Positions 19,897 to 29,244 of a stretch of DNA of 64,000 bases are shown in pieces (the stretch's first letter is position 1; every line of letters begins with the position of its first letter). The stretch covers positions 736,001 to 800,000 of the forward strand of contig OZ253553.1 of NCBI GenBank assembly GCA_965262715.1, in the 5' to 3' direction. The notes under the pieces were generated by a model. The model saw only the letters and a list, made by a program, of their open reading frames with translations. It had not been told where the DNA came from and did no database searches. Source of the stretch: Bdellovibrionales bacterium (GTDB lineage Bacteria; Bdellovibrionota; Bdellovibrionia; Bdellovibrionales; JAUICD01). A program made the position numbers and the translations under genes.

Positions 19897-20651
19897 GGTA
19901 AGTTCCTCATCTAGTATTTGATTTGTATTATAAAATAATATCGTCTTTCAAGCTACACAACTTAAATGCTATCTGTATTCCAATACTTTTATTTTATAAT
20001 TTTCTAAGTTTTTACCATTAAGTGTCATCGTAATAGACAGTCATGGGCAAAACTTATATTAAATTGAGACTGATTGTCAGCCTGCTTTTGGATAACAAAT
20101 GTAAGTGTTAAACATATTTTTTGGAAACTTGTCTAAAAATAAATCAAAATAGTAAAGAAGGGGTAAAGGTTATTTGATAGGGATTGGGGTATGCAGTTGT
20201 TAAAAAGATGGATTATAGCCAGAAAGCCATTACAAAAAGATTCAAAAATAAAAGTTTTACAACAAGTAAAATCTTATTTGCATTTAAAGTAAAGAATCAA
20301 TGAGATTAGAAAAATACTGAATTTGAGTTTAGAATGTCATCTTTGCAAATTCTTTAAGAGAGCTTGAAAAGGGACTCTCCTTTTTTTATGGAGCTTCCTA
20401 GTATTTTGATTAAGGTTTTGGTTTCTAAAAGAGATTGAGAAAATAGATTCACCTTATAAACTATCTTCTTTGTTTGGCCCAGAAGTAAAAGAGTTAATGA
20501 AAAAGCCTTCAACTATATAAGCCCATCGTCTAACCTAGGTTAAGCCTATAAGATAATAGAATTACAATAGCATAGACTTGTCTATGTTCAGTAAAGAAGA
20601 CCCCAGCAAGATAGCTTGTAGGTTATTCTGTGTAAGTTCTAAGTAAAAAGG

Positions 20652-21128
20652 TTATTTAAATACAATATTGAGGATTTGGTACTCTTTTATTCCTTTATTA
20701 GTTGATAGTTCTGATATATCGCCAACTTTTTTACCAACGAGAACTCTAGCTAAAGGAGAGAGAATAGAAATTCTACTTGCTTGTACATCAGCTTCTTCAG
20801 GTCCTACAATTTGATAAAAAACTTCCTTGTCATCTTCGTGGTCTAAAAGTGTGACAGTTGCGCCAAAGATCACCTTATCTGATTTAAGTTTGTTAGGGTG
20901 AATCACCTCAGCACCAGCAATACGTCCTTGAATTTCTGATATGCGAGCCTCAATCCATCCTTGACGTTCTTTTGCTGCATCATAGTCTGTGTTTTCACTG
21001 AGGTCTCCATGGGCTCTAGCTTCTTCAATAGCTTTAACCACAGATGGACGCTCCTCTTTAATTAATTTCTTTAATTCTTTTTCTAACTTCTTTTTGCCTC
21101 GATTGGTTATAGGTAATTGATTGTTCAT
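20652..21128 (-). CDS. greA: Transcription elongation factor GreA
   Basis: ARAHGDLSEN..Y.AAKE; IS.LSPLAR.L.GK. Confidence 0.96.
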   Translation of the reverse strand: MNNQLPITNRGKKKLEKELKKLIKEERPSVVKAIEEARAHGDLSENTDYDAAKERQGWIEARISEIQGRIAGAEVIHPNKLKSDKVIFGATVTLLDHEDDKEVFYQIVGPEEADVQASRISILSPLARVLVGKKVGDISELSTNKGIKEYQILNIVFK

Positions 21129-21314
21129 AGTTTTATGACCTCAAAAATAAAAACGTTTAAAAAAATTAAAAGAAAATACATTCTATATTCTTTTCGTGAA
21201 ATAAGCAAAAAAAATCTTTGAAATTGGCAGGTTACAACCATTTTTAAAGCATTGAATTTATTAATCGATCCTATTTAAAAATCTTATGATTTTTATTTTA
21301 ATGACCTTATAATC

Positions 21315-22688
21315 ATGCTATACATTGATGATATGCATTTAAACACAGCCCAAATTTCTATCATTAAAAGGCTATTAAATCAAAGAAGCCAAAGGAGTCA
21401 GCAGCTTTTAAAGTCTGTGTTGCTAAAGATCGAACCTGCTGATCTTTCACAACTTTTTGAGCATATCACTGATAAAAGCAAAAAAAAAATATATTTAGAG
21501 GTCCTTATAGAGATAGGAAAAGCAGGTGTTGCTCTTAGCTCTTTACACCCCTTGCAAATCAAAGATATCTTGGCCGCCATCACTAAAAAACAAAAGATTG
21601 CTCTTCTATCTTCTAGCTTTGAAGATGACTCTGCTTATTTCTTAAGTCTTATGGATGAAAATGACACGTCGCATCTGCTAGAGTCATTGCCTTTATCTTT
21701 GAAATCACGTATCAAGCAAATTTTAAGTTATCCAGAAGGTACTGCTGGAAGAGAGATGAGCACAAAAGTCTTTACATTACCTTTAAATCTTTCAGTTCAG
21801 ATGGCTATTGAAGAAGTGAGAAAGAGATTACATGAGGAGTCTATCTTTTATATTTTTTGTGTGGACAGTGAGGATAAATTGGTAGGAGTGACTTCCCTAA
21901 AAACACTTGTAACAGCATCAGAGCAGACCCCTTTAAAGGATATTATGAAAACAGAGGTTATTTCTGTTCTACCAGAAACAAGTTCGCAAAAAGTAGCGGA
22001 GTTAGTTAATCATTACAGTTTCATTGCTATGCCTGTGGTCAATCAGGCAAGACAGCTTTTAGGTATTATTTCTATTGATAGTATTATTGATATTATTAAG
22101 GAACAAACAACAGCAAGCGCTTATGCAACAGCGGGATTGCAGGTCAATGATCGTGTGTATACGAAAGCAGGTTTAAGTATTAAAAACCGTATTCCCTGGC
22201 TCTTCCTTAATCTTATTTTAGCTATTCTTGTAAGTGGTATTGTCTCTCTTTTTGAAGACACAATGAGTGAGCTTATTATTCTAGCAACTTTGCTTAATGT
22301 TGTTTCGGGTCTTGCTGGCAATACTGCGATTCAAACACTTACTGTTGTCACACGGGGCTTGGCTATGAATGACTTTCATCTTATCAGTTATGCAAAGGTA
22401 ATCTTTAAAGAGATTAAAGTGGGGTTGGTTATTGGTATTGTTATTGGTATTGGCGCGGGAATTTTAGTGTATTTATGGAAAGGACATTTAATTGTGGCTT
22501 CTATCATTTTTATTTCTATGATTTTAAATACAGTAGTAGGAGCAACTATTGGAGCATTAGTCCCTATTATATTAAAAAAACAAAACTGGGATCCTGCAAT
22601 GGGTAGTGGAGTTTTAGTAACTATTATCACAGATTCTTTTAGTATTTTCTCTTTTCTTGGTATTGCAGCAATAACGATTCACTCATAA
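21315..22688 (+). CDS. mgtE: Magnesium transporter MgtE
   Basis: YPEGTAG.EM, CBS pair, five TM helices, DPA…TIITD. Confidence 0.92.
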   Translation: MLYIDDMHLNTAQISIIKRLLNQRSQRSQQLLKSVLLKIEPADLSQLFEHITDKSKKKIYLEVLIEIGKAGVALSSLHPLQIKDILAAITKKQKIALLSSSFEDDSAYFLSLMDENDTSHLLESLPLSLKSRIKQILSYPEGTAGREMSTKVFTLPLNLSVQMAIEEVRKRLHEESIFYIFCVDSEDKLVGVTSLKTLVTASEQTPLKDIMKTEVISVLPETSSQKVAELVNHYSFIAMPVVNQARQLLGIISIDSIIDIIKEQTTASAYATAGLQVNDRVYTKAGLSIKNRIPWLFLNLILAILVSGIVSLFEDTMSELIILATLLNVVSGLAGNTAIQTLTVVTRGLAMNDFHLISYAKVIFKEIKVGLVIGIVIGIGAGILVYLWKGHLIVASIIFISMILNTVVGATIGALVPIILKKQNWDPAMGSGVLVTIITDSFSIFSFLGIAAITIHS

Positions 22689-22764
22689 GATATTATTTGT
22701 ACTATTGTGGTTGATCCAATAATCGGACATTCAAGCTAACCATCGTTCTAAAAAGTTACTATCA

Positions 22765-22872
22765 GCCTAAAAATAGACAAGTTTTTTAGGCAATCAGCAT
22801 TTTGCTGACGGTGTGAACCGTCACGCTGATTGCCCAAAAATGGTCAGAGACCAGTTCATTTTTAGTGATACA
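22765..22872 (+). repeat. Family-1 element, 5'-truncated
   Basis: GGCAATCAGC..TGACGGT-GTGA-ACCGTCA..GCTGATTGCC; TGGTC-AGA-GACCA. Confidence 0.85.
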
Positions 22873-22880
22873 GCTTTTCT

Positions 22881-23045
22881 AGGCAAGCCTTTTGAGACAA
22901 GCCTCTGTCTGGCTCTAGGCAACCCCCGTGCCATGCATTGCTTTTACTTTTTGATCTTATTATAGAATAAAATATTTTATACAAGCTTTGTCTCCTAAGG
23001 CACTGGCCTAAGCCAATCCAGAGGCTTGTCTCAAAAGGCTTGCCT
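22881..23045 (+). repeat. Family-2 long hairpin element
   Basis: 27-bp perfect arms AGGCAAGCCTTTTGAGACAAGCCTCTG around a conserved core. Confidence 0.9.
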
Positions 23046-23075
23046 TAAAGGTTGATTTATTTTGAATAAGACATC

Positions 23076-23350
23076 TTATGTATTTTGGCATAGCTTATAG
23101 AGATAAGCTCCTAATATATCAGCTTCTTTGATAAGCTCAATATGGTTGATGATGTCTAATATGGCCTGGACTTCCCTCAATGATCCAAAAGCAATCCTAT
23201 AAAACTTTCTTCGGTCTTTTGCCGTTGATTTTGCGCTCCCTTCAGCTAAATTAAGCACAATACTTAAAGAGGCTCTTTTAATTTTAATTTATTAGATTTA
23301 TGATAAAACTGTTTAGCTAACTGATAAGTTTTAAATTTTTGCATCGTCAT
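23076..23350 (-). pseudogene. Four-helix-bundle protein (23S rRNA IVP/Avd-like), frameshifted
   Basis: MTMQKFKTYQLAKQFY… then RASLSIVLNLAEGSAK…FYRIAFGSLREVQ in another frame. Confidence 0.85.
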
Positions 23351-23399
23351 AAAAATTTCCTCCTTTACTTAAGCCGTAAGGCGATGGGAGGAAATTTTT
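23351..23399 (-). promoter_or_regulatory. RBS-sequestering hairpin
   Basis: 13-bp stem AAAAATTTCCTCC/GGAGGAAATTTTT ending directly at the ATG. Confidence 0.65.
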
Positions 23400-23514
23400 T
23401 AGATGGAAAAATTTAAAACAGATACTTGTTGCCAGGCACTGCCTACCGGAGTACAGTTTGCCTGATTGCCAGAAAGTCGTCAGAGGTAAGAGGCATTTTT
23501 AGTGTATAGTACGA

Positions 23515-23661
23515 TTTCCCTAACATGTTATAAAAAACGAGAGGAGTCTCCCTACTCAAAATAAACAATTTTTTGAGGCAGTTAGCGTTTTCTTGAAGAC
23601 GTGAGTCTTCAGGCTAACTGCCCAAAAATGACCAGAGGTCAGTTTATTTTGAGTGAAACAG
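23515..23661 (+). repeat. Family-1 element
   Basis: P1 ACTCAAAATAAAC/GTTTATTTTGAGT; P2 GGCAGTTAGC/GCTAACTGCC; TGAAGAC-GTGA-GTCTTCA; TGACC-AGA-GGTCA. Confidence 0.92.
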
Positions 23662-23663
23662 CC

Positions 23664-24305
23664 TTATTGATTGAAGTTTTTGATCTTCTTTTTATTGACC
23701 ACACCATCATCATTAATAAGCCCTTTGGTTTCCAGAAGTTCTTTTGCTAGGTGTGATCCTGTTTTGATATATTTATCATAGAGTCTAAGCAGATCTGTAT
23801 TGTTTTGAAGTTTTGATTTATGACTAAAAAACGTTAATAGGTCCATAAACTTTATAAACTTTGTAGCAAACTCCATATAAAGTTCTTGAAAAGAATTGTC
23901 ATTTATAGTTTTCGATAATCTTTGATAAGCAACACAACCAATGTCAGCATAGTAGTCAACGTCGATGATTTTGTATTTTAGAGAATCTCCTAAGAAACCG
24001 CTAACATAAAGACTTGTATCTCCTAATTTTTTAAGCAGGTTGATACGAATACCTTGTTTTTGGTTTGTAGCGGTTAATAACATTTCTGCAAGTGTGCCTG
24101 TTGAGGGGGTTTCTTTATTGTTTGACTTTTCTGTCTTTTTCTCAAATAAGTTATCCGCAGATAAGAATTGTTCCATAACTTCTATGAGGTAAAAGCGCGC
24201 CATTTGAGAAGGGTAAAACTTTGTTTTTTGCATACCTTCATCAATGACCTCAGTAAAATACTCCCTGCAAGAAACTACGGCATTATTTAAAGGTGGTTGG
24301 CTCAT
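23664..24305 (-). CDS. Conserved hypothetical protein
   Basis: AGGAG RBS; LKKLGDTSLYVSGF.GDSL…DVDYY, LYDKY..TGS. Confidence 0.8.
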   Translation of the reverse strand: MSQPPLNNAVVSCREYFTEVIDEGMQKTKFYPSQMARFYLIEVMEQFLSADNLFEKKTEKSNNKETPSTGTLAEMLLTATNQKQGIRINLLKKLGDTSLYVSGFLGDSLKYKIIDVDYYADIGCVAYQRLSKTINDNSFQELYMEFATKFIKFMDLLTFFSHKSKLQNNTDLLRLYDKYIKTGSHLAKELLETKGLINDDGVVNKKKIKNFNQ

Positions 24306-24480
24306 ATTAACTCCTCTTGATATATAAAGAAGGCCTTGCCATCACATATTTAATAGTATAACTTTATATCTCTTAATTTATAAGTGGTACATGCCTTTTA
24401 GCTATAAAATAGCCGTACTTTTGGCTGGATTAAACGTTAAAGTAGTAAAGCAATAATAAAGATTTCTTAATTTTTTAAGG

Positions 24481-26379
24481 GTGGAAAACACTATGGGAGA
24501 AATTTCTGATATTTTAATTGTGGGAGCTGGCCATGCAGGGGTAGAAGCTGCTCTTGCAGCCAGTCGTTTAGCTTGTAAGGTCACAGTTGTAACGACAAAC
24601 ACAGATCGTATTTCCTTTATGAGCTGTAACCCTGCAATTGGGGGTTTAGCAAAAGGACATATAGTTAGAGAGATTGATGTGCTTGGTGGTGAAATGGGAT
24701 ATCAAGCAGATAATGCTTGTATTCAATTTAGGCGTCTTAATGCAAGTAAAGGTCCTGCTGTAAGGGGTTCACGCGCTCAGTGTGATAAAGTTCTTTATTC
24801 TCAAAATATGAAAAAAGCTTTATGTTCTCATTCAAATATTCATTTATTAAAAGCTGAGGTTTCCAGTTTGATTATAGAAGATAATATTTGTAGAGGAGTT
24901 ATTTTAAAAGATAACTCACGTATATTTAGTAAGACTGTTGTGATCACAACTGGAACTTTTATGAACGGGATGATGCACATAGGTACAAATAAGCAAATGG
25001 GAGGCCGGGTAGGAGAAAAAGCCACAGTAGGGCTTTCTTCTCAGCTTGCTGATATAGGATTTTCTGTACATCGTTTAAAGACAGGTACCCCTGCTCGCCT
25101 TGATGCTAAAAGTATCAACTGGTCTTTAACAGAGGAGCAGTTAGGTGATAAATTGTTTTATCCTTTTAGCTACCGGAGTTCAAATGTTCCAAAACTACCT
25201 CAAATCAGCTGTTATTTAGCTTACACAAGTGATAAAACCCATGAGATTATCAGAAAAAATATTCATAAAAGTCCTATATATAATGGAATCATTGAGAGTA
25301 CTGGTCCAAGATATTGTCCAAGTATTGAAGATAAAGTGATGAGGTTTCCGGATAAACTTCGACATCAAACTTTTTTAGAGCCAGAAGGTCTAAATACAAA
25401 TTCTATTTATCTTCAAGGTATTTCAACAAGTCTTCCTAAGGAAGTTCAAGATGATTTTTTAAAAACCATTCCAGCACTTAAAAATGTTAAAGTTTTACAA
25501 TATGGCTATGCTGTAGAATATGATTTTGTTGAGCCTTGCCAGATCAAGCATACACTTGAAACAAGACTGATCTCTAATTTATTTTTAGCAGGGCAAGTTA
25601 ATGGTACAAGTGGATATGAAGAAGCAGCAGGTCAAGGATTAGTTGCAGGAGTAAATGCGGCTTTAAAGATTAAAAATCAAAACGAATTTTTATTAGAAAG
25701 GGACCAAGCTTATATTGGAGTTCTTATTGATGACCTTATCACAAAAGGAACTAAAGAGCCTTATAGAATGTTTACTTCTAGAGCTGAGTTTCGTATGAAC
25801 CTTAGGGAGGATAACACTTTAGAAAGGCTTTTAGAAAAAAGTTATAGATTTAAGCTTTTAACTCAAAAGGATTTTGATCATCTCAACACAATAGTAGAGA
25901 ATCGAAAACAACATTATAAACTACTTGATCAGACAAGGTTAAATCCTAAAAAACAGGTTAAGGAAAAATTTGAAGAATTACAAATACCTTTTCTGCAAAA
26001 ACCTCTTAGCTTTAAGGATTTACTACGTCGTAATGATATTTCATACAAAGACTTAAAACATTTTGGATTTCCTATTATAGAAGACAAAAAGGTAAGTGAA
26101 GCTGTTGAAATTGCTATAAAGTATGAAGGATATATTTCAAGACAGCAGGAATTAATTGACCAAGCTAGGAAATTAGAAGACCTTCCTTTAGAAGATGAAT
26201 TTCCTTATGATAAAATTAAGGGACTTTCTAGGGAAGAAGTTGAAAAACTTCAAAAAATTCGTCCACGCACTTTAGGGCAAGCAAGCCGTATTAGTGGTGT
26301 CAATCCATCAGCTATTCAAGCTTTAATGATTTATAAAAAGGCTAGAGCCAATCAAAACTCTAAAGCTAGTTATAGCTAG
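24481..26379 (+). CDS. mnmG: tRNA uridine-5-carboxymethylaminomethyl modification enzyme
   Basis: GAGHAG.EAA, MSCNPAIGG, RLKTGTP, GPRYCPSIEDK, GTSGYEEA. Confidence 0.97.
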   Translation: MENTMGEISDILIVGAGHAGVEAALAASRLACKVTVVTTNTDRISFMSCNPAIGGLAKGHIVREIDVLGGEMGYQADNACIQFRRLNASKGPAVRGSRAQCDKVLYSQNMKKALCSHSNIHLLKAEVSSLIIEDNICRGVILKDNSRIFSKTVVITTGTFMNGMMHIGTNKQMGGRVGEKATVGLSSQLADIGFSVHRLKTGTPARLDAKSINWSLTEEQLGDKLFYPFSYRSSNVPKLPQISCYLAYTSDKTHEIIRKNIHKSPIYNGIIESTGPRYCPSIEDKVMRFPDKLRHQTFLEPEGLNTNSIYLQGISTSLPKEVQDDFLKTIPALKNVKVLQYGYAVEYDFVEPCQIKHTLETRLISNLFLAGQVNGTSGYEEAAGQGLVAGVNAALKIKNQNEFLLERDQAYIGVLIDDLITKGTKEPYRMFTSRAEFRMNLREDNTLERLLEKSYRFKLLTQKDFDHLNTIVENRKQHYKLLDQTRLNPKKQVKEKFEELQIPFLQKPLSFKDLLRRNDISYKDLKHFGFPIIEDKKVSEAVEIAIKYEGYISRQQELIDQARKLEDLPLEDEFPYDKIKGLSREEVEKLQKIRPRTLGQASRISGVNPSAIQALMIYKKARANQNSKASYS

Positions 26380-26434
26380 AAGCGGTCTTAAAAATGCTAG
26401 GTCTACTATTTGAACTTACCTTAATGTAATGATC

Positions 26435-26591
26435 TAGAGTTATGGCAGGCTTCTTACATAAGCAAACAGGCAGCCCACGTGCCTTGTATTGCTGTCATTT
26501 TATAATTTTATTATAGAATAAAATATTTTAATGAAGAATTTGTTTCCTAAGGCATTGGCCTTACACTTATTTCAAGCCTGCCATAACTCTA
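26435..26591 (+). repeat. Family-2 long hairpin element
   Basis: 18-bp arms TAGAGTTATGGCAGGCTT; core matches the 22881 copy. Confidence 0.9.
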
Positions 26592-26909
26592 TCTCAATAT
26601 TGCAAAATGCAAAACTTATTTTGCCAGATCGTTTGTAATATATTGGGCTTTGTAGTTCAATGAGTTGATTTTTATCTAACTTGTATCATGAACCTTCTTC
26701 ATCTAGAGATTTGTAATTTTAAGTATTTTTGTTATCTATTAGACTTCTTGGTGTACGTTCTGCTGCATCTATCTTATTTTCATTGTGTTCTGATTCTCCG
26801 GTCTCCCGGGTTCCCAGATTTCAAAAGATGGTAATTTATCAAGATTTAACTTAGATAAATCAATAAACAACAACAAACCTCTTAAATTATAAAGGTTACG
26901 TAAGGTCAG

Positions 26910-28849
26910 TTATTTAGATGGAGGTGTCACTAAATTAACCTCTTCTATCAAAGAAGATATTTTTTCATCAGTGAGGTTTGGATAGGGTTCTTTTAAAAAA
27001 TTGAGATCTGTATGAGCTATTTTTGCCCTGCCGTTACTATTAATAAACTCAACAAATCCATCTCCATGAATTTTAATCCATGCATGGCCAATTTCTTTTG
27101 TAGGAGGAGTTATTCCCATGAGTTTTGTGTGCAAACCATATTCAGAAAACAAGATACTACCAAACTCACTTAACTCTTTACAAACAGCTGATTTTATATC
27201 CAATATATGGCCTAGATGTGGAAGATAGACACCGGGGTTATTTCTGTAGTAGTTTACATTATAAGTTAAACCTCTAGAATGTCCATATTGATTTCTATTT
27301 GGATCTTCTATTAAAGGAACAATATCATTGAGCCAGACATGATAAATTTGAGATCTCTGGTCAGCACTTAAATCTTGAGGTCCTGGTGTGATCCCTATTT
27401 TTTCTTTTATAATATCTGTAGCTCTTTTCATCCATCTTTGTAAACTAGGATCTGTCCAATCAACAACATTATCAAAGGATATCATGTCAAAATGAGGATG
27501 TTCTGCTTCCCCCTTAATTTCAGGAGAGGTTTGACTTAAAAAATGATATTCATCATCAGATGTGTTTAGGGGTGTATTGTTACTTCTTAGAATGCGATTA
27601 ATATCATCGTCTTGAGCATTACCATTACGTAAAAAGTAATCCTTTGCCGTCTGACTCACCTTAGAGGATTCCCAAAGAGGTAGCATCTGTCTTCCACCAA
27701 ATGATAAAGTTCTGTGTTTCAAAGATAGTAGATCAGTGTCACCGTTATAAACTTGAAGTATTATATGATCCCCATTCCACTCAATAATCTTAGCTATATA
27801 TTTTCTTTCACTACCTTCGTCTATAAATGAAATAAACCTTTGATCTCCTCTTAAAACACCTGCAATAAGACCTCTTCTAAAGGTATCTTTAGCTGGATCA
27901 CCAGACATCTCTATTTGTGTTGTATCAAAAAATTGACTTTCTGTATTATTTCTTATGACTTGAATGCTATCCTCTTTTAATGGATCAACATCAGCTTGTT
28001 CAAATAAAATTTTTGCTGCAGGGTCTTGCCAAATAGTATTTAATTGCTGTTCATTTTCAATAGTAATATTTTGACCACTTAAGCTTTTTACAACAATGCT
28101 ATTGGAAGAAACATCAATAATCTTGCCTGGAACACGTTCTTCTTCTGTATTGATATAGCTTATAAATCCTTGGTTACTATCTTGAAGTTCCTTTAATTTG
28201 CTTAAAAAATTGTGTACAATTGAGGGTTCCTGTTCTGGAGGATCTAAGAAGTTACTATCACTATCAAAAGCACTGGATATAAGGAGAGGAAGTAAAAGAG
28301 AAGATTGAAATGCATCTATATCAAAATGATAACTTGTATCTGTAGTCTGTGAAATGAGTTTTGGATAAGCCCTCCTTCTGATTTTATCTTAAAAGGTCCT
28401 AAGTTATTACGATCAAACCCTAATTGTTTTAGCAGAAAAAACTGAAAATCTTCTAGTACATTTAATTCTTTTAAAATATTAAAGAGGGTGCCATCAATAA
28501 GACTCTCCTCGTTAGGCATTTCAAATGCTGTAATTTCTGTTATACCTGCAAGGAAAAAATGATATAGGTTAACCTTTACCTCTTTTGGTGTAAAGAAAGG
28601 GTTAGCTTGATGATTAAGTATTATAGCAATTCTTAAGGATAGCCACATCATATCATGAACTTCTTCAGTAAAATTGTTTTTAGGGTTCCCGTGTAGCTGA
28701 GGAAGAAGTAAGGCACTTGTACACTCTAAAGGGTTTCTTTGTCTAACATTTAGTCTATCTGGGTTTGTTGATTTACTTTCTTGAGCTTCTAGTTCTCCTG
28801 AAATAAATAAAAGTAATAAAAACATATAAAGGAAAATTTTAAATTTCAT
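26910..28849 (-). pseudogene. Secreted transglutaminase-like protein (~646 aa) split by a 1-nt frameshift near 28360
   Basis: The frame of ORF 26910-27908 stays open upstream past 28360 and overlaps ORF 28316-28849; span = 3n+2; signal peptide; AVCKE…GHAWI motif. Confidence 0.75.
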
Positions 28850-28930
28850 TTAAGTATATTCCTTTGATAAAACTTGAAGTTAAGATTATCCCAAAAAATA
28901 GAAGTGATATCAAGAATTATTCTTATAGGT

Positions 28931-28965
28931 TGTAAAATTTACATGTATAAATTGTAAAATTTACA
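28931..28965. promoter_or_regulatory. Tandem TGTAAA-N-TTTACA palindromes
   Basis: Perfect copies at 28931 and 28953; also at 8652, 41199 and 57355. Confidence 0.6.
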
Positions 28966-28967
28966 GT

Positions 28968-29161
28968 GAAGTGATCTCAAAAATAAGTTTTGTAGTCTGC
29001 TTTTGCGAGTTAAAAGTTAAAATAGTAAGTTATCATTATCCTGGGATCTGGCATTCAGGCAAGCCGGTAATCATTTCCCGGCAACTGGTTACCATATCTC
29101 CGGATTGCCAGATTGCCTGAAAAAGTATTTAGTAATACATTTATGGTTTTGAGATGAGTTC
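28968..29161. mobile_element. Family-4 MITE-like element (inverted shorter homolog at 59064-59174)
   Basis: Ends GAAGTGATCTCAAAA / TTTTGAGATGAGTTC; 31-bp internal identity with the 59121 region. Confidence 0.7.
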
Positions 29162-29244
29162 TAAAAAGAATTAAGAAAACTTTAGATAAAGAATCATAAA
29201 ACTTATTTTAATTGGATCAAATACTTTTTTAACTTTTATAAAAA

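Noticed and set aside
20150..20650. Small ORF (20191-20292) or decayed gene downstream of greA
   Set aside because: Only short fragments with no recognisable homology
23076..23350. Diversity-generating retroelement
   Set aside because: An Avd-like fold alone is insufficient; no reverse transcriptase and no TR/VR pair with adenine-specific mismatches seen
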